Positions 45,722 to 54,120 of a stretch of 64,000 nucleotides of DNA are shown one piece after another. Position 1 is the first letter of the stretch; each line of letters begins with the position of its first letter. Source of the DNA: Gammaproteobacteria bacterium (GTDB taxonomy: Bacteria; Pseudomonadota; Gammaproteobacteria; Steroidobacterales; Foliamicaceae); the NCBI GenBank assembly GCA_009838035.1, contig VXSK01000002.1, positions 415,994-479,993 on the forward strand, written 5' to 3'. The notes beneath the pieces are model-generated. The model saw nothing but the letters and a program-made list of their open reading frames with translations, had not been told where the DNA came from and searched no databases. Made by a program: the position numbers and the translations under genes.

Positions 45722-47053
45722 TCAGCCGCCGTACTGGGCCAGCCGGGCCTCGAGGTCGCTGCGCCGCTTGACCTCTCTCCTCAGGTAGTTCTGCCACTGC
45801 GTGGCGGTTCTGCGCGTATCGCTGTCGCGCGCCGCGCGGGTGAAGGCGTCGCCCGCATCGTCGAATTCTTCCTTTTCGAACAGGCACTGCCCGAGCAGCA
45901 TATAGGCCCTGCCCTCGCTCTTCAATTCGCCTTCCCGAAGGGCCTGACGGGCCGACGAAGCACAGTCGTCATACTCGCTCAAAGCGTTATAGGTTTCCGC
46001 CAGCCGCATGTAGAGCTCTCCCTTGTCCTCCACGTCCTCCTCGCTCTCGGCGGCCTTGCGCATAGGATCCAGGGCCTTGCGGTCCTCCCGCGCCATCTGC
46101 CAGGCCTGCGCGAGGTAGCGGTAATTCACGGCGGTCGCTTCGATTTCGCCGCTGTCCAAGCCCTCCTGCAGCACGACAGCCGCCTTGTAGGGGACTTCCC
46201 GCAGCATGAAGAGTTGGGCCATCGTCACGAGTTCGTTGCTTCGGTCCAGAAGTCCCTGGTCGTAAGCGCTCCAGAATGTCCAGAATTGCCGGGCCTCATC
46301 TTCCACCGTGGCGTAAAGACCCTGAACCTGAATCCAGTAATCCTTCTTTGGCCAGGTAGTCAGTAGGATCTTGCTTACTTCAAGGGCCTCGGGATACTGC
46401 TCCAATTCCCAATGCGCGGCAAGCTGGTATTTCAGCCAGTTCTCGTCGATTTCCATTCCGGCGTTCCGGGCGGCCTCGATCCCCAGAAGGATATAGTCCA
46501 GGGCGTTCTGCCAATCGTCCATCGCGAAATACACCTGCGTCAGGAAGATGTAGTCGTTTGGCTGCGGACTTTCCTGGGATTCGATCCACTGGAGACCGAA
46601 CCTGATGGCCTCGGAATAATTCTCGACCTGTGCGTAGAGTCGCGACAGTGTTTGTATGGTCCCATAGTACAGGCCTTCGGGTATCACGTCCGGGCCACCG
46701 ATCGCGATGACGCCGCGGAAGGACTGAATCGCACTGGGATAATCTTCCCTCTCGATGTGAATGAAGCCGTAGAAGTTGTTGGTCTGGGCGCGTTCGTAGG
46801 GCGTCAGGCCCCGCAGTTCGGTGATCTCCCGCAGCAATGCCTCGGCAGTGGCAAAGTCCTCTGCTTCCATGGCGTCCTGCGCCCTGGAAAAACGCCTGTG
46901 CACCCTCTCGCTCATGGCCTCGCTGCGCTTCGTCTTCTGCTCGTCCTGCTCTCCTTCCTGGGCCGGCGCGAAACCAGCCGGAACAAGCAGGGCAAGGCCC
47001 ACAAGCCCCGCGAAGATTACGTTGAACCTGGCCTTCACTGCGTCAGTCTTCAA
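45722..47053 (-). CDS. TPR-repeat protein of TonB2-type cluster (TtpD-like), secreted
   Basis: Signal-like N-terminus (IFAGLVGLALLVPAGFAPA) and multiple TPR-like A/Y-rich repeats. It occupies the last position of an ExbB-ExbD-TonB cluster. Confidence 0.7.
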   Translation of the reverse strand: MKTDAVKARFNVIFAGLVGLALLVPAGFAPAQEGEQDEQKTKRSEAMSERVHRRFSRAQDAMEAEDFATAEALLREITELRGLTPYERAQTNNFYGFIHIEREDYPSAIQSFRGVIAIGGPDVIPEGLYYGTIQTLSRLYAQVENYSEAIRFGLQWIESQESPQPNDYIFLTQVYFAMDDWQNALDYILLGIEAARNAGMEIDENWLKYQLAAHWELEQYPEALEVSKILLTTWPKKDYWIQVQGLYATVEDEARQFWTFWSAYDQGLLDRSNELVTMAQLFMLREVPYKAAVVLQEGLDSGEIEATAVNYRYLAQAWQMAREDRKALDPMRKAAESEEDVEDKGELYMRLAETYNALSEYDDCASSARQALREGELKSEGRAYMLLGQCLFEKEEFDDAGDAFTRAARDSDTRRTATQWQNYLRREVKRRSDLEARLAQYGG

Positions 47054-47675
47054 TCTGGAACGTAATCCTGTGCCGCAGCCCGGGGACGGCGATGGCGGTG
47101 CCGTTCACGACGCGTGGTTTGTACTTGAACTTGAGCAGCGCCTGCACCGACGCCCGCTCGAACAGGGAGCTGGTGCACTCGATGACGCTTACGTCCGCCG
47201 TAGTACCCAGCGGCGTAACGGTGAACTGCAGGTCGCAGTGGCCTTCCAGCCCTCTCGACTGCGCGCGGCGCGGATACATCGGCGCCACCTTCACGATCGG
47301 CAGGTAGTCGCCCTCGGCCAGGCTGAAATCGCCCAACTCACCGTCCAGGCCCACATTCATGTCCGGGCTCGGGACCGACACTGCAACGGCCGAATCGAAG
47401 TCCGAACTGTCCATGTCCTGCTGTGGAAGCTCGGGGGGCTGTTCATCCACTTCGGGCGGGCGCTCGGGCTTCTCCTGCTTGCGCTCGACCGTCTCCTCGC
47501 GCTTGACCCGCACAAAGTCAACGAAACGCGCATCGAGCGCTTCGGTGATCGCCGCCTGACCGGTGGCGATCAGGAACTGCATAACCCAAAGCAGCGAGAG
47601 CGCGGCGAAACCGCCTATGGCCAAGGCCACGAAATAGCGCCCTACCCGGCGCTTGACCTTCTGTTGATCTGCCAT
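47043..47675 (-). CDS. tonB: TonB-family energy transducer, copy 2
   Basis: N-terminal anchor, a Pro/Glu-rich spacer (KPERPPEVDEQPPELP) and a TonB C-terminal domain (YPRRAQSRGLEGHCDLQFTVTPLGTTADVSV...KYKPR). Confidence 0.85.
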   Translation of the reverse strand: MADQQKVKRRVGRYFVALAIGGFAALSLLWVMQFLIATGQAAITEALDARFVDFVRVKREETVERKQEKPERPPEVDEQPPELPQQDMDSSDFDSAVAVSVPSPDMNVGLDGELGDFSLAEGDYLPIVKVAPMYPRRAQSRGLEGHCDLQFTVTPLGTTADVSVIECTSSLFERASVQALLKFKYKPRVVNGTAIAVPGLRHRITFQIED

Positions 47676-47690
47676 GTCTTCCTCCTTCCC

Positions 47691-48314
47691 CTATTTTTCA
47701 ATCTCGAAGGACAATCTCTGGCTCCTTCCGTATACCGCTATCGGAACGCCGTCGTTCACGCGCGGCTTGTATTTTGCTTTCTGCATGGCCCTTATGGAAG
47801 CCCGCTCAAACAGCGAACTGGTGCAATAGATTACCCGCACATCGGTTGTGGTTCCGAGTTCAGTTATGGAAAACTCCAGGTCGCAATATCCCTCCAGCCC
47901 CCTTCTCAACGCCGATTGCGGATAGATGGGATTGGGAGGCACCAGCGGCACGAGGTCACCATCGAAAACGAGAGTGCCCAGCGTCGACCCGGTACCCGTA
48001 TCGACCACGGTAGGTGGCGGCGTTACGAAAACCGCCGGGCCCGTCACTTCGCCACCTGTAACTGTCGTGATAGGTGGCGGAGGCTCCTGTAATTCCGGCG
48101 GCCTGTCCGGCGGCTTTGGCGGCGGTGGGAGTTCCTCAGGAATTACACGCACAAAATCGACAAAACCTGTCGAGCGGTCCTCGGTGAGCGCCGCTTCGCC
48201 GGTGGTTATGAGGAATTGCATGAACCAGAGAAGCGCCAGCGCAGCTACGCCACCTACCGCCAATGCCAGCCCGTAGCGCTTTGACCAATGGAATCGTGGC
48301 TGTTGCTTGTCCAT
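47691..48314 (-). CDS. tonB: TonB-family energy transducer, copy 1
   Basis: N-terminal anchor, a Pro-rich spacer (ELPPPPKPPDRPPELQEPPPP) and a TonB C-terminal domain (YPQSALRRGLEGYCDLEFSITELGTTTDVRV...KYKPR). AGGAGG RBS upstream. Confidence 0.85.
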   Translation of the reverse strand: MDKQQPRFHWSKRYGLALAVGGVAALALLWFMQFLITTGEAALTEDRSTGFVDFVRVIPEELPPPPKPPDRPPELQEPPPPITTVTGGEVTGPAVFVTPPPTVVDTGTGSTLGTLVFDGDLVPLVPPNPIYPQSALRRGLEGYCDLEFSITELGTTTDVRVIYCTSSLFERASIRAMQKAKYKPRVNDGVPIAVYGRSQRLSFEIEK

Positions 48315-48401
48315 TTCTAGTCCTCCTACGCCATTCCGCGCAAGCTGACGCGAGTCGTCTTACGCGAACCGACTGACGCGAGTCGTCTGACGCGAATCGC
48401 G

Positions 48402-48812
48402 TCAATCATCTCTGGCCGCGATCGAAACGTCAAAAACGCCGGCCTGACGAGCGGAATCCATGACGCCGACCAGCGTTTCCGTATACGCCCGCTTGTCTGT
48501 CTGAATAATAACCGTACGCTTGGGATCCTCCGCGTGCAGGCGCTGTATGTTGGCCCGCACCGCTCTTGGATCGACGCGTCGCCGGTCGATCCAGATCTCG
48601 TTCCCCGCGCTGATGGCCACCAGGATGTTGGCCTTCTCCTGAATCCGTGCGGTTGGAGCGTCGGGCCGGTTCACGTCGATGCCCGCCTCCTTGATGAAGG
48701 AGGCTGTAACGATGAAGAAGATCAGCATGATGAACACCACGTCCAGCATGGGCGTGAGGTTGATCTCGGCCTTGCCGTCTTCACCTGCCGCTTGAATGAT
48801 GGATTTGCGCAT
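48402..48812 (-). CDS. exbD: ExbD/TolR-family biopolymer transport protein, copy 2
   Basis: 136 aa. EINLTPMLDVVFIMLIFFIV is the TM segment, followed by an ExbD periplasmic domain. Confidence 0.9.
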   Translation of the reverse strand: MRKSIIQAAGEDGKAEINLTPMLDVVFIMLIFFIVTASFIKEAGIDVNRPDAPTARIQEKANILVAISAGNEIWIDRRRVDPRAVRANIQRLHAEDPKRTVIIQTDKRAYTETLVGVMDSARQAGVFDVSIAARDD

Positions 48813-48872
48813 TTATGCTATAGCCGCCTTCGACGCGGGTCATCTGACGCGGACCGTCTGACGCAAACTGCG

Positions 48873-49283
48873 TCAGTCATCGCTGGCCGCAATCGATACG
48901 TTGAAGACGCCGGCCTGACGAGCGGAATCCATGACGCCGACCAGCGTTTCCGTATACGCCCGCTTGTCTGTCTGAATAATAACCGTACGCTTGGGATCCT
49001 CCGCGTGCAGGCGCTGTATGTTGGCCCGCACCGCTCTTGGATCGACGCGTCGCCGGTCGATCCAGATCTCGTTCCCCGCGCTGATGGCCACCAGGATGTT
49101 GGCCTTCTCCTGAATCCGTGCGGTTGGAGCGTCGGGCCGGTTCACGTCGATGCCCGCCTCCTTGATGAAGGAGGCTGTAACGATGAAGAAGATCAGCATG
49201 ATGAACACCACGTCCAGCATGGGCGTGAGGTTGATCTCGGCCTTGGCTTCCTCGCCTGCGGCTTGAATGATGGATCTGCGCAT
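48873..49283 (-). CDS. exbD: ExbD/TolR-family biopolymer transport protein, copy 1
   Basis: 136 aa. It differs from the downstream copy only in a few residues at the N- and C-termini. Confidence 0.9.
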   Translation of the reverse strand: MRRSIIQAAGEEAKAEINLTPMLDVVFIMLIFFIVTASFIKEAGIDVNRPDAPTARIQEKANILVAISAGNEIWIDRRRVDPRAVRANIQRLHAEDPKRTVIIQTDKRAYTETLVGVMDSARQAGVFNVSIAASDD

Positions 49284-49324
49284 TAGTGCTTTCTCCAGTT
49301 GATTTCGTGCGTCCGGACCAGGGT

Positions 49325-49861
49325 TCAGTGATCCATCGTCAGGTGCTCTTCCAGCTCCTCCACCTCACGATCGGCGCGCCGGGTGAGGTAGGTCGTCCAG
49401 AAAACGCCCGACAGTGCGCCCACCATGCCCGCCATGGTGGGGATGGTGGCCTTGGACACGCCTGAGGCCATGGACCGCGGATTGCCGCTGCCGGCAACGG
49501 CCATGACGTCGAACACTTCGATCATTCCCGTAACTGTGCCCAACAGTCCCAGGAGCGGACAGAGCGCCACCAGCGTCTGTACGATCGGCAGCGAGCGACG
49601 CACGGCCATATTGAACTCCGAGATCATCCGGTCGCGGATCTGGTGGGCCTCCCAGGACTGGCGTTCGTGGCGTGCTTCCCAGTCCTCGTAGATGGCGTCG
49701 CGCCGCTTGCCGAGCTCGACCCGGTAAAACACCAGCCGCTCGAAGACCAGCATCCACATAAGGAAGATGGTCAGCGCAATCAGGAACAGGACGTCTCCGC
49801 CGAGTTCCATGAAGTCACGGATCGCCTCGAAGGCGTCGTAGAACCAGCTAAACATGGTCAA
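49325..49861 (-). CDS. exbB: ExbB (MotA/TolQ/ExbB proton-channel family, short form)
   Basis: 178 aa with 3 TM helices. Conserved channel block CPLLGLLGTVTGMIEVF. Confidence 0.85.
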   Translation of the reverse strand: MTMFSWFYDAFEAIRDFMELGGDVLFLIALTIFLMWMLVFERLVFYRVELGKRRDAIYEDWEARHERQSWEAHQIRDRMISEFNMAVRRSLPIVQTLVALCPLLGLLGTVTGMIEVFDVMAVAGSGNPRSMASGVSKATIPTMAGMVGALSGVFWTTYLTRRADREVEELEEHLTMDH

Positions 49862-49896
49862 CGAAACCGATCAGTCGCTCCTCCGTTCCGGCCCGG

Positions 49897-51273
49897 CTAT
49901 TCCGGAGCCTTGTTCTGGGCTTCGGAATGCTCCGCCACGATGCCGGTGCTCTGCTCCTGCAGGATCTGCACGATGCGGCGGCTGCGTCCGCTCACCACGG
50001 TATGCAGCAACACCATCGGTATCGCGACGCTCAGGCCCAGTACGGTGGTGACCAGCGCCTGCGAGATGCCGCCCGCCATCAGCTTGGGATCGCCGGTGCC
50101 GAACAGCGTGATCGCCTGGAAGGTCTTGATCATGCCGGTAACGGTTCCCAGCAGACCCATCAGCGGCGCCACCACCGAGATGATCTGTATGAACAGCAAC
50201 GAGCGGTTCAGCTTGGGCGTTTCCTTGAAGATGGCCTCGCCCAGCTTGAGTTCCAGCGTCTCCGTGTCCACGTCCTTGTTCTCGTGGTAAACCGCGAGCA
50301 CGCGGCCCAGCGCATTGTCGTCGGATGGCGTGGAACTGCGCAGCTGCGCCGTTACCTTGCGGCTGGCCAGCGATAGAGTCACGAGGCGTTCCAGCGAAAT
50401 CAGAAGGCCAATGACGCCCAGGGCGAGGATGAGATAGCCCACCAATGCGCCCTGCTGTATGCGCTCCACCAGGTTTGGTTGGCCGACCAGCGAATTGAGC
50501 ACGCCGCCCAGCGTCGGATCCAGTCCGAAGCGCACCACGTCACCGGAATCGGCGCCGAGCAGGTCTTCCGTGCTGCCCGTGTAGCGGCCGGCCTCCGGCT
50601 GGCGGCCGAGCTCGGTCAGGTTGCCGGTTTCCGGCCGATAGGCCAGGTACTTGCCGTCGGACACGATATTGAACAGGCCGACCCGCACCACGTCTGTCGG
50701 CTCGCGTTGGCCGTCCAGAGAGATCACGTCCGTACTGAACCGCACGATCTTCGCCGATTCGGTCATTTCGCGCTGCAGTTCCCACCACAACCGTTCCATC
50801 TCCTCTATGGAAGGCAGTTCGATTCCGGACCCCAGCTTCTCTGCCAGCGAGGTGAGAAAGGCCGATCTTTCCGGGTATTGCACATTCGTGAGCGAGTTCT
50901 CGAAATTGGAACGCGCATCACCCGCGACCTGCTGGGTGACGCCGAACAGTTCCTTGAGCGCGCCCAGCCGCTCGTCGCGGGTCTGCATCAGCGCCGCGAT
51001 GCGGCGCTCGTTCTCGCCGTACTCGTTCTCCAGGCGCTGGCTGCGGCGTTCCTCGGCCGACTTCTCGGCGTTCGCCTCGTTCAGCAGTCTTTGCTGCTCC
51101 CCGCGAGCCTGGCGGAACTGCTCCTCGCGGGCGCGCATTTCCTCGTTGTCGCGAACGGCGCCCTGCTCGACCAGGTCCAGCAGTTCATCCAGTGTCAGCG
51201 CTTCCTGCGCCTGCAGGGGCAAAGCCAGCAGCAGGCCCAGCACGGAGCCGGCAATCGTTCTTGTCATCGTCAT
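49897..51273 (-). CDS. Large MotA/TolQ/ExbB-family protein (TtpC-like) with long periplasmic coiled-coil N-domain
   Basis: 458 aa. A signal peptide is followed by a coiled-coil region and a C-terminal MotA/ExbB channel block (APLMGLLGTVTGMIKTF). Confidence 0.8.
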   Translation of the reverse strand: MTMTRTIAGSVLGLLLALPLQAQEALTLDELLDLVEQGAVRDNEEMRAREEQFRQARGEQQRLLNEANAEKSAEERRSQRLENEYGENERRIAALMQTRDERLGALKELFGVTQQVAGDARSNFENSLTNVQYPERSAFLTSLAEKLGSGIELPSIEEMERLWWELQREMTESAKIVRFSTDVISLDGQREPTDVVRVGLFNIVSDGKYLAYRPETGNLTELGRQPEAGRYTGSTEDLLGADSGDVVRFGLDPTLGGVLNSLVGQPNLVERIQQGALVGYLILALGVIGLLISLERLVTLSLASRKVTAQLRSSTPSDDNALGRVLAVYHENKDVDTETLELKLGEAIFKETPKLNRSLLFIQIISVVAPLMGLLGTVTGMIKTFQAITLFGTGDPKLMAGGISQALVTTVLGLSVAIPMVLLHTVVSGRSRRIVQILQEQSTGIVAEHSEAQNKAPE

Positions 51274-52038
51274 TTATCCGGCCTCCGGCGCCGCAACCGG
51301 CAGCATCAACAAATCCGGCGCCACCAGCTCTTGCGCCACCCGCAGTCCCATGCGCACCTGGTTGCGGTAACTGCCTTCCAGGTCAACCCAGGCCTTGGCA
51401 TCGTGGTCCCATCTGCGCGTCGCACTCTGGTCCGCGGTCTGGTAAACAAGCGCTACTCGGCCGACCCGCAGCACGTCCACTTCCAACTCCGCGCCCTCAT
51501 GCTCCACCGCAGCCTTGTAGGCTTCGATCGTGCGGCCGTAGTCGTTCTCGATCTGGTAGGCCTCAAGCACCTTGCGGAATTTTTCGGCCACCGTAACGTC
51601 CTCGCGCTCCATCAGGCCGTAGAGTTCGCCGACCCGGAGCCGGCGCTCATCCAGCAGGAACGGCGCGTCCGCCTCCACGAACAATTCCAGCGACTCGATC
51701 ATGCGCACCATCAGCGGCAGCATCTGGCGGCCGGTCGCCTCGACTTCGTCGATGGCCTCGTTCAGCTTGCCGATATCGCTTTCCTGCCGGTCAATCTGGC
51801 GCTGCATCAGAGTATTGAAGACCTTGAGGCCTTCGAGTTCCTTCAGCACCCGCTTGTATTCGGTCTCCAGCGAGTCGGTCTCCTTGACGATGTCGTCGAT
51901 CCGATTCTGCGACTGCCTGCCGGCTTCCGCACGATCGGCCTGGACGGCCTCGACCTCCTCCAGCGTGGTCGCTCCCGCCAGCGCGGCTGCAGCCAGCAGC
52001 GCCCCTGCGCACAACGACCCCCTAAGAAATGGCTTCAT
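51274..52038 (-). CDS. DUF3450-like periplasmic coiled-coil protein (TtpB-like)
   Basis: Signal peptide MKPFLRGSLCAGALLAAAALAGA and a coiled-coil body. It is the first gene of the TonB2-type cluster. I chose the start at Met12 of the listed ORF. Confidence 0.65.
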   Translation of the reverse strand: MKPFLRGSLCAGALLAAAALAGATTLEEVEAVQADRAEAGRQSQNRIDDIVKETDSLETEYKRVLKELEGLKVFNTLMQRQIDRQESDIGKLNEAIDEVEATGRQMLPLMVRMIESLELFVEADAPFLLDERRLRVGELYGLMEREDVTVAEKFRKVLEAYQIENDYGRTIEAYKAAVEHEGAELEVDVLRVGRVALVYQTADQSATRRWDHDAKAWVDLEGSYRNQVRMGLRVAQELVAPDLLMLPVAAPEAG

Positions 52039-52236
52039 CAACAGCTCCCCCTGTACATCTAAAGCGGGCACATGAACAGCAGGCGGGTTCCAAGAGACCG
52101 GCCTGATTCAAGGCACGGGATATTAGCACAGCTTGGGGTACAGCCATGTTTCGGGAGTGTGACAGTTTGAGGCAAGGGAGCCCCGATCTGAAGGGCCGAG
52201 CGCGGGCGGGCAGGCTCTGCGTCCGAGTGCGCCGGC

Positions 52237-52265
52237 CTTGACATGCGGGCCGCTTGGCGCATAAT
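52237..52265 (+). promoter_or_regulatory. Sigma70-like promoter candidate upstream of leuA
   Basis: TTGACA (52237-52242), a 17-nt spacer, then AATAAT (52260-52265). Confidence 0.35.
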
Positions 52266-52273
52266 CCGCGCAC

Positions 52274-52378
52274 ATGGACGCCCGGCGCTCTATCCTTAGC
52301 CTTCACGCAGCCGCCATCGGCCTGCGTCCGGCTGCGCTCGCACTGCTTGCGGGGCACCGAAAGCGGGGTAAGGAATAA
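52274..52378 (+). promoter_or_regulatory. Candidate leu leader peptide ORF (34 codons)
   Basis: MDARRSILSLHAAAIGLRPAALALLAGHRKRGKE has 6 Leu codons, including ALALL. It ends inside a GCGGGG segment that can pair with the terminator's CCCCGC arm. The evidence is weak: there is no Leu run and the ATG lies only ~8 nt after the -10 element. Confidence 0.3.
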
Positions 52379-52406
52379 GCCCGGACAACTCCAGAAGCCT
52401 TATTTC

Positions 52407-52444
52407 AAACCCCGCTAACCGAACACCGGATGCGGGGTTTTTTC
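52407..52444 (+). terminator. Intrinsic terminator/attenuator hairpin 35 nt upstream of leuA
   Basis: AAACCCCGC, a 16-nt loop and GCGGGGTTT, followed by TTTT. Two further upstream GCGGGG copies (52349-52354 and 52363-52368) could form alternative antiterminator pairings. Confidence 0.6.
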
Positions 52445-52479
52445 TATGGGCATAACCGCCACCCGACGAGAACCTCAAC

Positions 52480-54063
52480 ATGAACCAGCAAGCCAAACAG
52501 GATCGCGTTCGAATCTTCGACACCACCTTGCGCGACGGCGAACAGGCGCCCGGCTGCAGCATGACGCTGCGCGAGAAGCTCAAGGTGGCGCGCGCGCTCC
52601 GAGACATGCGGGTGGACATCATCGAGGCGGGCTTTGCGGCGGCCTCGCCCGGCGATTTCGAGTCGGTGCGGGAAGTGGCCAACTCGATCAAGGGCGTCAC
52701 CATCTGTTCGCTGGCGCGCTGCCACGAGGGCGACATCGAGAAGTCCGCCCGAGCCCTGGAGCCGGCAGCCCGCAAGCGCATCCACGTGTTCGTCGCGACC
52801 AGCGAGATTCACCGCAAGTTCAAGCTGGAAATGGCCCGCGACGAAATCGTGCGCCGGGCGGTCGAGGCGGTGCGCCTGGCCAGGCAGGCCTGCGACGACG
52901 TGGAGTTCTCGCCGGAGGACGCGTCGCGCACCGAGCCCGAATTCCTGACCGAAATCGTCACCGCGGTGGTGGAGGCCGGCGCCACCACGGTCAACATTCC
53001 GGACACCGTCGGTTACGCGATGCCGGAGCAGTTTCAGGCGGTGTTCGAGCATCTTCGCGAGACCGTTCCCGGCATCGAAAACGTCGTCCTGAGCGCCCAC
53101 TGCCATGACGACCTCGGGCTTTCGGTGGCCAACAGCCTGGCGGCCGTCGTGGGCGGCGCCCGGCAGATCGAGTGCACAGTCAACGGCATCGGAGAACGCG
53201 CCGGAAACTGCTCGCTGGAAGAGGTGGTGATGGCGCTCAAGGTGCGCGCCGATTACTTTGGCGTGGACACCGGCATCGAAACCACCGGGCTATATCCGGC
53301 CAGCCGCCTGGTCTCCAGCGTCACCGGCATGCACACGCCGCGCAACAAGGCCATCGTGGGCCAGAACGCCTTCGCGCACGAGGCCGGCATTCACCAGCAC
53401 GGCATGCTCAAGCACGCGGAGACCTATGAAATCATGCGTCCCGAGTCCGTTGGCATGCACCGCTCCAACCTGGTGCTGGGCAAGCACTCCGGACGGCACG
53501 CCTTCCGCGACCGGACCCGCCAGCTCGGCTTCGAACTGAGCGAGGATCAGCTCAACCGTGCGTTCATCGAGTTCAAGAAGCTGGCCGACCGCAAGAAGGA
53601 GCTGTTCGACGCCGACATCGAGGCGCTGATCGTGCACAAGGACACGGCCGCGATGGGTCCCTGGCGCCTGCGCGAACTGCGCATCAACACCGGGGGCAGC
53701 ACGCTCGCGGTGGCGGCGGTGCGCCTGGAGCACGACAGTGGCGAACAGCGCGACGAGGCGGCCGTGGGCGATGGCCCGATCGACGCGACCTTCAAGGCGC
53801 TGGAGCGCGCCACCGAAATGAGCGTCGAGCTGATCCACTTCGACGTGCGCAGCGTCACCACGGGTGAGGACGCGCAGGGCGAGGCCACGGTCACGGCGCG
53901 CTGGGGCGACTCCTCGTACCGCGGACGCGCGGTCAGTACCGACATCGTGGAAGCCGGCGCCGAGGCCCTGCTGGAAGTGCTGAACCGGGCGCTGCGGGCC
54001 AAGGCGCGCCTGGATTCCGGAAAAGCGGCGAAAAGAGGCCCGCGCAGGCGCCTTGGGCCGTAA
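52480..54063 (+). CDS. leuA: 2-isopropylmalate synthase
   Basis: VRIFDTTLRDGEQAPGCSM, HCHDDLGLSVANSLAAV and a C-terminal LeuA regulatory domain. 527 aa. Confidence 0.95.
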   Translation: MNQQAKQDRVRIFDTTLRDGEQAPGCSMTLREKLKVARALRDMRVDIIEAGFAAASPGDFESVREVANSIKGVTICSLARCHEGDIEKSARALEPAARKRIHVFVATSEIHRKFKLEMARDEIVRRAVEAVRLARQACDDVEFSPEDASRTEPEFLTEIVTAVVEAGATTVNIPDTVGYAMPEQFQAVFEHLRETVPGIENVVLSAHCHDDLGLSVANSLAAVVGGARQIECTVNGIGERAGNCSLEEVVMALKVRADYFGVDTGIETTGLYPASRLVSSVTGMHTPRNKAIVGQNAFAHEAGIHQHGMLKHAETYEIMRPESVGMHRSNLVLGKHSGRHAFRDRTRQLGFELSEDQLNRAFIEFKKLADRKKELFDADIEALIVHKDTAAMGPWRLRELRINTGGSTLAVAAVRLEHDSGEQRDEAAVGDGPIDATFKALERATEMSVELIHFDVRSVTTGEDAQGEATVTARWGDSSYRGRAVSTDIVEAGAEALLEVLNRALRAKARLDSGKAAKRGPRRRLGP

Positions 54064-54120
54064 AATCGCGGCGAGCCGCAGTTTTCGGCTGTCCCTGAAG
54101 GTACTGGAGACCCTCACGCC

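Larger units (their letters stand above)
48402..49283. repeat. Tandem direct duplication of the exbD gene (471-nt period) with a 339-nt identical core
   Basis: 48436-48774 and 48907-49245 read identically base for base when compared by eye. Differences occur only in the first and last ~35 nt of each CDS and in the spacers. Confidence 0.95.

Noticed and set aside
48402-49283. The possibility that the 471-nt direct repeat marks an insertion sequence, a MITE or a CRISPR-like array.
   Set aside because: The repeat unit is a complete exbD coding sequence plus spacer. There are only two copies, with no terminal inverted repeats, transposase or regular short spacer structure.
48534-49286. 250-aa plus-strand ORF with an internal protein repeat.
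   Set aside because: It is antisense to the two exbD copies, and its repeat simply mirrors the exbD duplication. It shows no domain features.
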